From positions 4,513,239 through 4,577,238 of the forward strand of contig MU058384.1 of assembly GCA_013265495.1 (NCBI GenBank): a stretch of 64,000 nucleotides of DNA. Reading direction: 5' to 3'. The DNA is from Vicugna vicugna. Lineage: Eukaryota. The notes beneath the pieces are model-generated. The model made no database searches. It worked only from the letters and a program-made list of their open reading frames with translations, and was not told where the DNA came from. Of this stretch, positions 28,659-41,724 are shown in pieces. Within the stretch, counting starts at the first letter, position 1; the number at the start of each line of letters is the position of its first letter. The translations under genes were made by a program, and so were the position numbers.

Positions 28659-30399
28659 CTCTTAGTGCTAAAAATATTTTATTCTAGACTGAAAGGAGAT
28701 TAATGCACCAAAAGATGAACACTGGTAGGTTTTGGATGGGAAGTATGTGTGGTATTTTCTTCCTCTTTGCATGTTATATTCTTTCTACATTTTCTAAATG
28801 AGATTATATGAGGTTGATCATCAGAAAAACACAAGCAAAATATCTAAGAGTATTCTATGACCCTACTTGAACAATACTAATCTCAGTTGGTCTTTCTGTC
28901 CTTATGTCTCCTAGCAAATAACAGGGTCATTTTTCCATGAAACCAATATTTTATGTTCTTACAAATGAACAGAATTTAGAAGCCCAAATATTTACCCCAG
29001 CTTCAAACTCCCAGAATAGGTCTGTCCAAGATACCATGGCAGAAACTGGAACCATTAAATAACTGAATTATGTCAAATCCTTTTTTTTAATTCTATGCAC
29101 ATTTTGGGTCTGAATGAAGATGAGATGTAAGTGATGGAACTGAAATTTCATGAGCAAGAAGAAAAAAGCTTTCATCTTACACAAATGACTGATCCTAAAA
29201 TTTAAGACAGGTTCATTCCAATGTTGGCTCACTCATTCTTTCATTCATCAAAACATGTATCTTCTAGGTGCCAGGCGGTGTGGTAGGTACAGGGTGTAAA
29301 ATACAGGACAAAGCTGACATGGACTGGGCCTTCATGGAGATAAAATATTAAACAAATAAATGTGCACATGAACACATATATATATATATATTTGTATTAT
29401 ATAAATGGCTTACAAAGCCTAAATGCTTACCAGGTACCATATGTTACACCACATGCTTTAAATCAATGATCTTATGTATTCTTCCCAATTTCCATAAGAG
29501 GCAGGTATTACAAATGAGAAATCTGAGGCTTAGAGAGTTAAGTATTTTGCCCAAAATCATACAGGGCAACAGGATTAAAATGCAGGCTGTTTGACCTCAA
29601 ATCAGTGCTGTGATAGAAAAAAATTAGGTGCTAATAGAGAGTATGAAAAGGGAAAATAACTTCTCTTGGGAGTCAAAGGAAGCTTTTTGGAAGAAATGGC
29701 TTTCCAGTGAGACCTGAAGTATGAGAAGGAGTTAGTGAGGCTAGCTAGCTGGTAGGAGATGTTTAGCATTCATAGAGTTTTCTAAGTGTTTCTGACCTCA
29801 ATCTCACCCAAATTAATGATTTCTAAATAACTGATTTGCTTTATAGCATGGTCTGAGATTTATTAACCATAGAGATTTGGAATAGTGAGCCAAAAGATCT
29901 CAGCTCTGAAGACTTCTTTTATCCCTTTCGTTGCTGTGCTTTAAAATAGTGTGCTCTATAGGGATAGTTGCTTCCCCATACCCCAAGCAGCCACATCCTC
30001 AGTGAGCTGGTCTGGGCACTGTGCCATCAGAGGTGTCCTGCACTCATAATGGTCAAATTCTGTCAGCCTAATGCTCTCTATCCAACCCAGCACATGCAAC
30101 CCTAACCCGCAGCCTAATAAGCTTCACAGGGGTAGGAAGAGGAAGGGGATGGCGGTTGCGGATGATGATGTCCCAGAGAAAAAAACAAAATATGTTAAAT
30201 ATTCCCATCTGTTGAGTATTCTGATATCAAAGAATTTAGGACTGTCTTACAGAGACTTATAAAAACCGACAAGTTGATGGATAAAGAGACATGTTAACAT
30301 TGACAAGAGAAAAATCTACAAACTTTCATATGCATTTATCCCAGATGAAAACATACTCTGCATCATGGAACACAGAGGTCCCGCACAAATAGTCAAATG

Positions 30400-31720
30400 T
30401 TAAATAATCATTTGTCACATTTTTAAGTCCCAAGAGTCTACTGTATAAACTATGTGAAGCAGGTGTATCTGCTTTTTCTTTCACTAAATACTATTTTGTA
30501 AGCATTTCTCTATGTCACTAAATAGTATTCTCAAAATTCTACCATGTGGTATTATAATTTACTTCCTGATTACTCCATTATTTTACATGATTTATTTCTA
30601 AATTTTATTTATGAATAAAAAAATAAAACAGGATCTTGTAGACAAGTCTCAGTATTCTACTTTAACTTTATTTAGGCTGGATTCATAGCAGGTCAAATAT
30701 ATGTCTTTTTTAAAGCTCGCTTTCCAGAAATGATGTACCAATTTCCACTTCTAACAGCAATGTAAGAAATGGTTACATGACTACACTATTTCCTGAATTA
30801 TGTATTATTATAAGCATTTCTTATATTATTAGAGGAAAACAGCCTTTGGTGTGAATATTTTGCCTATTAGTGAGTTGGGTATTTTCTACTTTGCATTGGC
30901 TTTTTGTATCTCTTTAAATTGCCTACTTTTTTTATAAGGGTATTTTCTTTTAATCAGTTTTTGAAACTTCATATATTAATTATATTAACCCTTTATCAGT
31001 CATATTTGTTGCCTCTTTGCATATTTTTGTCTGTTACGTTTAATCAAAACATTCTGGAAATAATTTTGGTTTGTAATGTAAGTTGAGAGTCCAATATGAG
31101 TTTTCTTAAAAAAGCAATTTCCCAGTATCATCTATAGAATAATCTTACCTATTCTTATTGGTTAATGATGTGGCCTCTAAATAGTCATTGTGTGAATGTG
31201 TATGTGCTATGAATGTAAGTTAGGAAGAATTTTCAGGATAAAGTACTTTATTCAGTTGATCTGCAAATTGATGTAATAGTCACACACTTACCGCTTTATG
31301 CACTGTCTTGCTCTTTAAATTTTTCATACTATTTCACTTACTCATTTTTCTAAATAATTCATTTAATCAATATCCATATTGATTATAATTGAGATACATC
31401 ATTAGGTTGATTTGGGAAATTTTGCTGTTTTTTAATATTTATTTTTTTAATCCAGAAAGGTTATTCCAAACTTTCTGTATACCTAAGTAAAATTTTGCAG
31501 CTTTCTTCAAAATATTCTAATTTAGATTTATTGTAAATTCTTTTTTTTGCTTTTTGTGCCAATGTGAAAGAAATCTCTATCTTCTAACTAATTATTGCTG
31601 ATAAATACAAAAGCTACCGACTTCTGCACACTTTTCCTATATGTGGCCATGCTACTGAGGTGTACCAGTGATTCTAAGAGATTTTAGTTGATTCTATTGA
31701 GTTTTTATGCTATCAAAAAT
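30400..31720 (-). mobile_element. L1ME fragment
   Basis: tttccagaaatgatgtaccaatttccacttctaacagcaatgt in a T-rich antisense L1 pattern. Confidence 0.6.
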
Positions 31721-33284
31721 ATAAACTTGATCTCTACAGTATTTACTGAGCACTAGTGGCAAGAAAAATAGACCTGTGGAGGCTACTGCCCTTTAAGATA
31801 GACTTACTGTATTTCAAGTCTTGTCACATTGAAGAAAACACACTCAAAAATATCAATCACAAACACAGCAGGCACTGTTGTGCTATCCTGATTAAGAAGA
31901 GATTCCTGTACTGTTTTTCTTTCTAAATATGATGTTGGCTCTTGGCTTGTCAGTGGGACTGCCTCATGAACCTGTTGTGCACTGCACAATTGCAAGGATA
32001 ATGTTTACATGGATGATGATACTATTTAGGAATTTCCCACTTATAACATTAAGTAAAAATGAATCTAACATTTTATTTTGTGTGCTACTTTTGTCCCCTT
32101 TTTTGACATCCTGACATTGGTACAGATATAAATTGTTCGCTGCTCACCCCAGGGCACTTAGGAAAATTTCCCAGCCACAGCTCCTGCAATTTAGGTGATC
32201 ACGCTTGATAAACTGTGATTCTTTCCCCAAAACAGCCAACTTGGGTGCAGGCCAAGACCCCTGACTATGGCAGAATATGATGATCTGAGCCTTTTTAGGA
32301 ACATAAACTAAAAGAAGGCTTGGGCAGATGCTGAAGGATATTGTGGGATAAAAAGAGAGGTGAGGGATGGGGTGGTCAATGAAGTGGTATCCAGAGGCCA
32401 AGTTCCAAGAAAGCAGAAGCTCAGAGGGAGCAGAGGAAACTGACTGATAGAGAGATTCATTCACAGAGTGGAGCAGCAATATTAGGAGAGAAATGATGCA
32501 GCCCAAGAAGGAATATCCAGTCCCAGCACTGCTGCAGAAGTGCTTAACCGGAAGTCCACATTTCTGAGACATAATGTTATTGATTCTTTCTTCCTTTAAA
32601 AAGAAAAAAAAACTTAAATAGAACAAAGATCTTAATGACTTCTGAGAATGAACTGGGCACTCTCCATACTTCTCTAGGGTGTGAAGTTAGTTACAAGCTT
32701 CAGAGTTATCCCTGCAAACTTTGAGAGTAATCACTGGCAATAACACTGATAACAAGTAAAGCTTTTACCACATCACCTGACAGGCACTGCTCTAAGCACT
32801 TCACATAGATGAACTCTTAATAATTACAAGTAGTGCCCCTAGAAGGTAGACACTGCAATTATCTCTTTTTAGGGGTAAACTGAAGCATAGGAAAGCTAAA
32901 CGACTTGCCCACAGGCCCTCCATTAATAGAAGGCAATGCTGAGATTTGAACTCATTTTGGAACAAGACTCCACACTCCTAAACCCAGAATTACAAAACTG
33001 CCTGAAACAGAGTCTTTTCTGGAGGAACTATGGTAAATCTTTTCCATGCTATCAGCCTATTGTGGTTCCTGCTTTTTTGGGTTAAATGTAGATATTATGT
33101 ATTTATTCATAAATCTTCTCATTTGTCTCAATTTTCAAAGGTTGTAGCAGAGTAGGATATTGTATTCTATACTTTTAAATCTTTTCCTGTACCTCTTTTT
33201 TTTAGTTCTCATTCTGTATATATACAGTTATCTTTTTATTACAATTTCTAGAGGATTGACTATTTCAGATTGCCAGATTACAGG

Positions 33285-33565
33285 AGTAATCAAGTGAAAA
33301 TGAGGTCATTAGGGTGGACCCTAATACAACATGACCGTGTGCTTATAAAAAGGAAAAATTTAGAGACAAACACATTTACAGGGAGTATGCTAATGTGAAG
33401 ATGGCCATCCACGAGCCAAGGAGAGAAGCCTGGAAAACCTTTCCTTACAACTAACCCTGTCGACGCCTTGATTTTGAACATCCAGAACTGTAAGATAATG
33501 AATTTGTTATTTAAGCCACTCAGTTTATGGTACTTTGTTACAGCAGTCCTACCAAACTAATAACA
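33285..33565 (+). mobile_element. MaLR LTR fragment (MLT1A/B-like)
   Basis: aaatgaggtcattagggtgg...gccttgattttg...tttgttacagcag...aaactaata. Confidence 0.75.
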
Positions 33566-34809
33566 CCCTCTATACACCCTCTGCTTCCATTTAACATTTA
33601 ACTGGGAGTACTACCCATCTCAATAGAATAAAAAGTAGAATAAGGATTGTAAAGAAATATTACTGTCAGTTACTGCAGAAAATGTATCTATAGAAAATCC
33701 AAGAGGCTCTATGAAAGAATTATTAGAATTAATATAATTAATCAGAGAGTTCAACAAGGTGGCTGGATATAAATTAGTATTGGAATCCATTATATCAACA
33801 GAAATCAGCCACAATAAAAGAAAATGAAATGACAATACAATGTATAATCATTACCATAATGAATTATAAAGTACTCAGGAATATAAAATAATGAGCATGG
33901 TCTTTACAGATATAAAAATTTTTGGAAGTCATTAAGAAGACCTAAACAAACGGATGCCTTAAATAAAATTAAGATTAAATAAAATGATCCACACGGAGAG
34001 TTTAGAGAAGATTTAGGCCCCTATGGACACTCTGGATTGTAGCTATTGTGTTTATTATGTTATAATAGTTATCATTTTGATTAAACATTTAAGGCCCTTT
34101 CGTTTTAGGTGGGTTTCTTATAAGTGGCAAATAATCGTTATCCTTTCCCTTTTTGGTTTTACTAAATTTATGAATTACCTTTCCAGCCTTATCTACTATC
34201 TCAAGTCAAACCCTCTAGACAAATAGAATTTGTTACATTCCTCAAACATATTTATATGAGGCCTTTAGATATGCAAATAATACTTTCTATTGCTTAAGAA
34301 TACACACAAACATGTAGTAAAAATGGAAATAAATTTAGGTTAGAGGTAGTTCTGTGTAGAGAAAAGGAAACACAAGCAGAGAGCATTACACAGGGGGTCC
34401 AACTGAATGTTTATAAGTTTCATTTTTTAAGCTTGGGGAGGGTATCTGGGTATTCTTTATTTTATCCTTTTTTGATGTTTTATATATTTGATATATGTCA
34501 TAATAACTACACTGGAAAAAGACCTGGTAACAGTTCATATAAAACAAAAATGATGGGGAATTTCTTTTAACTATAAGCTCACTATGAATTATCAGTAATA
34601 TGTGGCTTTACAAAACTAAAGTAATACTGAGCGGCACTAAGAAAAACTGTCAGTCAAGGGTGATACTAGGGACTCTATTACTTAGAGTCTCATCTATTTC
34701 CTTATGTCAGAATGTAAGAGATCTTTGCCTATGTGTTCTCTGATGTATCTAAAGTTGCTAATGTTGCTGCTTGGCACATTTAGCTCAAAAGTGTTTGTTA
34801 AATGATGAA

Positions 34810-37800
34810 TGACTTTGTGCATGTGGATGTAATACAAATGCATTTTTGTTTGGATTCAATTTGCTATTACATTGTTCAGAATTTCTCCATCTATTTCATA
34901 AATCGTATTATTCCTTTCTCATACAGTTTTCATCTGGTGTTTGTATTACGGTCATTTTAGTCTTATCACTTTCTTATTCTCTGGGATAACTTACATAAGA
35001 TTGGAATTAGGTGTTCCTTGAACATTGGTCAAAGGTGTCTGTGTAATTGTCTGTGTGTGTTAAGGTGCGTGTTTTGCAGTGGGGAGGATTATAACAACAG
35101 TTACTGCCAGTATTCCCTAAATTTCCATTGCTTCCCACACAGATTTCTTTGTTGTTCATCACCTGTGTTCCTGTTGGATGTTGGTCTAGCAACTCTCCTC
35201 AGAGGTTCTCTTCCAGATTTTTCTATTGCATGGCTCTACCATTTAAAATTTCTTCACCTTCAGCTGCAAGTGAAAGCAAGCCAAGAACACTAAGAAAGAT
35301 TTGGAGTGAGAGTCCTGTAAGTGGTATACTCATTTTTGTCCTCATTCTATCAGCTAGCACCAGACTTATGGCTTCAACCTAACTGGAAGGCATGATGTAT
35401 TTCCAGGAAGATGAAATCGCCTTGCTAGGCATCCAGCCAATCTCTGTCATATGACTGATTTCAGTTTCCACATTACTTATAATTCTATTTAAGTCTTCTA
35501 TTTCTTTTTGAGTCAGTTTTGTAAGCTGTATCTTTCTAGGGATTTCTTTCCCCTCATTTTGAAAATATATTTCCATAAAGTTGTTCTTAGTGTTACATTA
35601 TAAAATGATAAATCTTTGCTGTTTCTGTAAGTTATGTTGCACTTTTTAGTATTTTTTCTTTGTGTCTTATTTCCTTTGCTCTAATTTATTACAGCTTTGT
35701 CCATTTTATCAGTATATACTATAAAATAGGTTTGGCTTTATTTTTCTTTCCTTTATCACAGATTAATTTCTGTTCTTACCTTTCTTAATTCTTTCAATTT
35801 CCCCAGGGCAATTTCCATTATTTTTAAAAAAAATCTTAATTTGAATGTCTGTTGCATTAATATTCAGGCTTTCCTCTTTTCCAGTGCAGGTTTAATGTTC
35901 TAGCTCTATCTCTAAAATTTCAACACTGAGTGTCTGTAACAATGTAGAGCTCTAAATGCTTCTTAAAGTTCATTATGATTTCTTCATTAACTCATAAATT
36001 AATTATGAATCTTAAATTTTTAATTTTCAAATGAATAAGTTTATTCGAGTTGTCTTCTTGTTGATTACTAATTTCAATTGATCAAGTAATCAAGTCTATG
36101 TACTGTAATCTTTTATATTAGTTATGATCTACTTATGAATGTAAATGGTTAACGCTTTATAAATGTTTAATCTGTGGTTGAGAACACAACATGTGTTCTC
36201 TTATTTTGGGTTTCTGGCTTTATTATACATTTGTTAGATCAAGCCTGTCAACTATGTTCTTCAGGTTACTTAATTTTTCTGCTTGAATTGGCAATCATTA
36301 TGAAGCATATTAAAACTTCCAATTATGATAGTAAACTTGTTAATTTTTCTGTGGAATTTGCCAAGGGTTTCTTTGGGTGTTCGAAAGATGTGCATATTAG
36401 GTATGTCAAAGTTTGAAATGACCATGTTTCTTAGATTATACTTTTTATCATTATGTAGTGATCCTCTTTGAATCTAACAATACTTTTACTTTCAAAATTT
36501 TTGATCTAACTTAAATAGAGCTACACTAGGAACATGCTTCATTAGTATTTTCTAAGTATAATTTTTCTATAATTTTACTCTCAATCTTTCTATGTTTTTA
36601 TACTTTAGATATGCCACCTATAAATAGCAACAGGTGGACTACGATTTTTCACTCAATTTGATCATCTCTTTTAACTGGTGAGTTTAATATATTTATATTT
36701 TTATTATCACTACTAATGCATTTTGAATTATTTAGATCAATTATTTTGTAATTTCTACTTCATCTTGTTTTTATTGCTTCCTGTTTTCTCTATGATCTCT
36801 TTTAGAATGTTTTATTACATCTTTTTTCCTTCTGTGGTTTAGGAAGATACATAGTCTATCTATTCTTTCAGTGGTTGCTCATGAAAGTTTAATACATAGA
36901 CTTCATTTAACAAATTAATCAGTGTTTCTACCTTCCTGCAAAAAGCACATATTAAATGCTTTAGTTTCAAATGCCTTCCTCTCTTCCTTTACATTATTGA
37001 TATCTGTATTAGCTTTCTATTGCTGCTATATCAAATTTTCACAAACTTAGAATCTTAATCAAATTTTTATCATCTTACAACTCTATGGGGCATAAGTTTG
37101 ACACAGATCCCACCAGGCTAAAACCAAGGTGTTGGCAAATCTGCATCTGCTTCTACAGGCTCTGAGAAGGATCCCTTTCTTTGTTTTTTTCAGCTTCTAA
37201 GGCTGCCCATATTCTTTGGCCCATGGTCCTTTCCTCTAACTTGAAAACCAGTGATGGCTGGTCAAGTCCTTCTCACATTCATTCACTCTTATTTTATCTA
37301 CAGTCACATCTCCCTCTCACTGACTCTCTTTTCTGCCTTCCTCTTCCACTTTCAAGGACCTTTTGATTACATTGGGTCCTGGAGATAACCCAGGATAACC
37401 TCCTTATTTTGAAGTCAGAAACCTTAGTTCTACCTGCAACCTTAATTTCCCTTTGCCATGTAAATTTAATATTCACAGATTCTGAGGATTAGGACATGGA
37501 CATCTTTGGGAGTTCATTATTCTGCCTACCAGGGACGTTTGTCTTCTTTTAACCTTCAACATTAATACATTTTATAAGATGCTTGTTTAGCTTTGCTTCA
37601 AGTTTACAGATTTCTTTGTTCCCTATTCTTACATCTCAGACTTTTCCTCTGGGATTGTCTTTCCTCTATGAGAAAAACAGTAATTATAAGAGGTTGTTAG
37701 TGATAAACTGTTTCAGAAAAGTTTTGGTGCATCTGAAAATACAGTTTTCCCTCCAATCTTGAAAGTTAATTTTCTGAGTATGCTAATATAATCTGACAGT

Positions 37801-38870
37801 TTTTTCCTCTCAACATTTGAAAACCATTATTGCACCATACCGAGATGTTTATTGGACTGAATCATTTTATTCTTCACATCCCTTAATCTCTCGTTCATGG
37901 TTTCCAGGTTTTCGTTTCTCTCTGGAGCACACTGGGAAATGTATTTAGATTTATCTTATATTTAATTAATTCTCTTTAGCTATATCTTATCTGTGTAAGC
38001 CACTCAATGGAAAATTCATTTCAATAAATTTTTTTAATTTTAAGAAGTTCTATTTAGTCCTTACATTTGTTAGTGTTTTTCTTACAATACCCTTTTCCTT
38101 GCCAATGTTATTAAATTCCTGTATAATTTACTTAAATATTTTAAACATTTTAATCTTGCATATAGTGAGTCCAATATCTGAAGTCCTTGAAATCAAATTG
38201 TTTTTGAACAAGTTCAAGGTCGTTTGTTTCTCTGGGTAAGCCTGCTTTCGTATTGCTACTTCATGTTTTCCTGGGCTTCATCTGCATGAATCCTGCAAGG
38301 CCTCAGTAGTAGGTGTATCCTTCCAAGAAGTTAAATTTTTTTCCTACAAGGAACTCTGGGGCATTACCAAGTCAGGACTACCTAAAGTCCATCTCTCCAC
38401 TTAGGGGTTTCCAAATTGTCCTACAAGGACTAGCCTGCAGTTAACAACTTTTAGAAGGGGATTTTTGATCCATCCAGACTCCATGATTTCTTTGTCTTCT
38501 ACTTTCATTAACAGTCCAAAGTTGATTTTTGTTTTGCTTTGTTTTGTGTTGATTTTGGTAATCCACCATTTCACTGACTGAATATACAGCTTTTGAAGGA
38601 TTCTGGCTTTACATGGGGATACATTTCTCCACCTTGCACTAGCCCAAAGCTGTGACAAGTGCACTTACTAAAATCCAAGACTCTAAATTACTGAGAGCAG
38701 TTTATTTTCCCCAATAGCTATATGGTGAGTGTCTCTGCTATTTGGAAATTTACCTACTGTCTTCCATGATTAACTATGTATTTAAAAAGACATTTGTCAT
38801 ATGTTACCCAGCTTTTCAATATATTGTGGGGAAGTTTTAAGAATATCTCATCCACCTTGTTTCTGGAAAA
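34810..38870 (-). mobile_element. Degraded L1M region (with nested MLT1 LTR)
   Basis: The minus ORF 35379-35576 (...KLTQKEIEDLNRIISNVETE) resembles L1 ORF2p linker sequence, within extended T-rich antisense L1 text. Confidence 0.65.
37004..37531 (-). mobile_element. MaLR LTR (MLT1D/E-like) inserted in L1
   Basis: tgtattagctttctattgctgct...ttaggacatggacatctttggg...attctgcctacca. Confidence 0.75.
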
Positions 38871-40640
38871 GAGGCCCCCTAAGATAGGATCTTCTGTATT
38901 CGCCTATAACATTCTTGAACATTTTTATAGTTTTTCTTCATCATTTTCTGGCTTGGAACATAACTGTATCTCTATACATCTTTACATCCCTATGTAGTGG
39001 TTAAGTTTCTTGAAAAGGAAAAAATATAAAGCAATATTTTCCATTCATTTTGCTAATTTCAACTGTGAGCATGGAGAATTGAATGTCTGTCTCTGAAAAG
39101 TTGACATTTGACACTTTATTATTCTTCTTATTCTTGGGCATTTTACACAAAACTATTTCACTCTGTAATTCAAACAATGGCATAGTACAGATCCCCTAAG
39201 AAGAAATATTACCAAAGATCAGAATGCAGAAGAAAGCAGAGAAGGGACAGTCCTTCATACTTCCAAAATATTGAATTTTATATGATACAAAATTTAACCA
39301 AGACAAAAGAAGTTTATACTGATAGCGTGGAGGTGGCTGGGGTGAAGCTCTATCATATACACCACACAATCAGGCTGCAATCTAAATGCTATTTTTGTCT
39401 GCCATTACATAGGTGTTTGATCACTATTCCATAAATGTTTATTTATTTGTATGAAAGACACATGTAATTTTACCACACATACACCGTGCTGCTGCTCAGA
39501 AGGACTTTTTGCTTCAGAGATGGAGTCTTTCTTTCCAATACAACCTATAAGACAACTGTCAACATTTTTAAGCTGGACTGGAAGATGAGCAGGCATCTGT
39601 TAAGCAACAAGAGCACCTCAGCTGACTGAGATTAAAGCCACCGACGTCAGCACACATTAGCCAAAATATTTTCCCCTCCTCTACAGCCCCAAATTGTAAA
39701 CAGCCAGCCTGTACGAAATTAGCTTGACTTCAGGAGAGCAGAACAAGTGAATGTGAAATGCACTCCCCCATCACGGCTGCCAGGTTGCCAGAAAGTATCC
39801 TCATTCTCCTCAATAATATGCAGAATTGTCCATGTCTGCTTGGTGCACAGCATGTAGCAGAGAGCTAAAAATCTGAACAATGCAATTCTAAACATAGATG
39901 CAGGATGATCCTGAGAACCAAAAGCCTGGTGCAAATTGAAAAGAGTGCCTTTCCTTTATGAGCAAGCATAATTCCTTTATTTCAACATTCCTGCATTTTC
40001 CTATCTGCATTATCCTTTCTGCTTTAACAATTAAGGACATTTATGTTTAAAGGATAAGTGTATTTTATTGCTTCTATAAAGCCTTATCACGGAGACTTAT
40101 TTCTTAGAGGATTTTTATTCACAGTATTGCCTTTCTATAAGGAACCCACAGTAGGAAATTCTTGGTTTGTGGTTTGTTGCAATATAACACAGATTACATC
40201 AAATCTGCAGATAACCTTACACAAGAATGGAGCATGGGAACCAAAAATGGAATGAGCTGCTGGAATCCTAAAGGTATTACCCAGAAATTAGTGAGGTCTC
40301 AACCCTCCTGCCAATTTTCAAAACTCTGCCCAGTTGTGGAAAAGACTGAATGGTCATTACTTACAAAAGAGTGAGAGAACACTGCCAGTGAGCTTTCTTC
40401 CCCATTATTGAATATGCTTCCTTATAGCCAGCTGCCCTGTTGGGAATGGACCCAACCCAGCCGGCATGGGAAGAGGAGTAGGGAGTGAGCAAAGAGAGAG
40501 AAGCTTACCACTGGGACATTTTATTTAATGCTAGGCTTCTGAAAACATACACTATCTCTTCTTTCTTCCATATGCAGAGAGAAAGTATATTGCACAGTTT
40601 CCGTATTTTTCTCCCTGTTATTATTAAAATACAAATCTCA

Positions 40641-40826
40641 CAAACTACTACATACAGAATAGATAAACAATAAGGTCCTACTGTATAGCACAGGGAACTA
40701 TATTCAATATCTTGTAATAACCAGTAATGAAAAAGAATATATACATGTATAACCGAATCACTATGCTGTATACCAGACACTAACCCAACACTGTACACCA
40801 ACTATACTTTAATAAAAATAAATAAA
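40641..40826 (+). mobile_element. 5'-truncated cetartiodactyl-type L1 3' end with TSD
   Basis: ctactgtatagcacagggaactatattcaatatcttgtaataacc..., polyA tail, and a 16-bp TSD taaaatacaaatctca / taaaatgcaaatctca. Confidence 0.85.
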
Positions 40827-41636
40827 TAAAATGCAAATCTCAAAGAATCTACCAGCTAAAAGATCATGAGGATTAGGCATAAAATTCTAATACCATCTCA
40901 CAATTCAAAATCCTTAACAGCCCACAAGAACAGTAATGATACCTAAATGGCACACCAAACATTGCTGGGACTTTGGGGAAGTAAATACAAAACTCTTCTT
41001 ATTAAATACGTCAAAACCAAACCTAATACACCCAGTCAGGATATTGTATGAAGACATTATATTTGTGCTATTCTGAGAGGCTCACAAGTTTTAGAGTAAG
41101 CAGAATTGTGCTGGAATCCTATCTATGCCTTTTACTAACTGTAAGACCTTAGACAAGCAACAGACCTGCTCTGCTATTTAACTTCTAATTTGTAAAATGG
41201 GAATAACGGTTCTTAGAAGCACTACTGTGTAGGTAAAGAAAACGCATGTCAACATCTGGCATATAGTGCACACACAGGAAATGATAGCTTTTATTGTAAT
41301 TTCATATACCAAATGCTAATAAACTCCTCAAAGTTCTGACTTTTTTATACTTGATGCACAGCTCTATGATGCAACAGTTCTCAAACACTTGGAGAGTTTA
41401 TAAAAGCAAGCCAGATTCCTAATGTCCATTTTAGAGATTGTGAGTTACTGCTTTGGGGAGGCCATAATCTGAATCCCTTGAGTTCCACAGTTGTTTCTGC
41501 TGACTAGCTAGATTTGGGAGCACCAGGATAATGGATCCACATGAGAACTAATTCCAAAATTTGGGTTTTTAGGCAGACAAGAATTCTAGCAAGTGATCTG
41601 GGGATATACATTAGAGTTCAACCTTGATTCATCCAA

Positions 41637-41724
41637 AAAGATGATTGTATTAATCAAAGGGATTTAATTAATTTCAAAGGGCTAATTTCTAATTAAATTC
41701 CTGTTCATTAATACAATCATCTTT
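41637..41724. repeat. Long imperfect inverted repeat / hairpin
   Basis: Outer arms AAAGATGATTGTATTAAT / ATTAATACAATCATCTTT are perfect 18-bp complements. Inner arms GGGATTTAATTA / TAATTAAATTCC pair with one G-U. 19-nt loop. Confidence 0.9.

Noticed and set aside
32144..32626. 160-aa minus-strand ORF
   Set aside because: Composition is typical of non-coding DNA, it overlaps an old LTR-like sequence, and no domain is recognisable.
39483..39544. 62-nt minus-strand exon candidate (and a 30-nt one near 40509-40538)
   Set aside because: Splice-like ends only, with no consistent reading frame linking them to other exons and no recognisable product.
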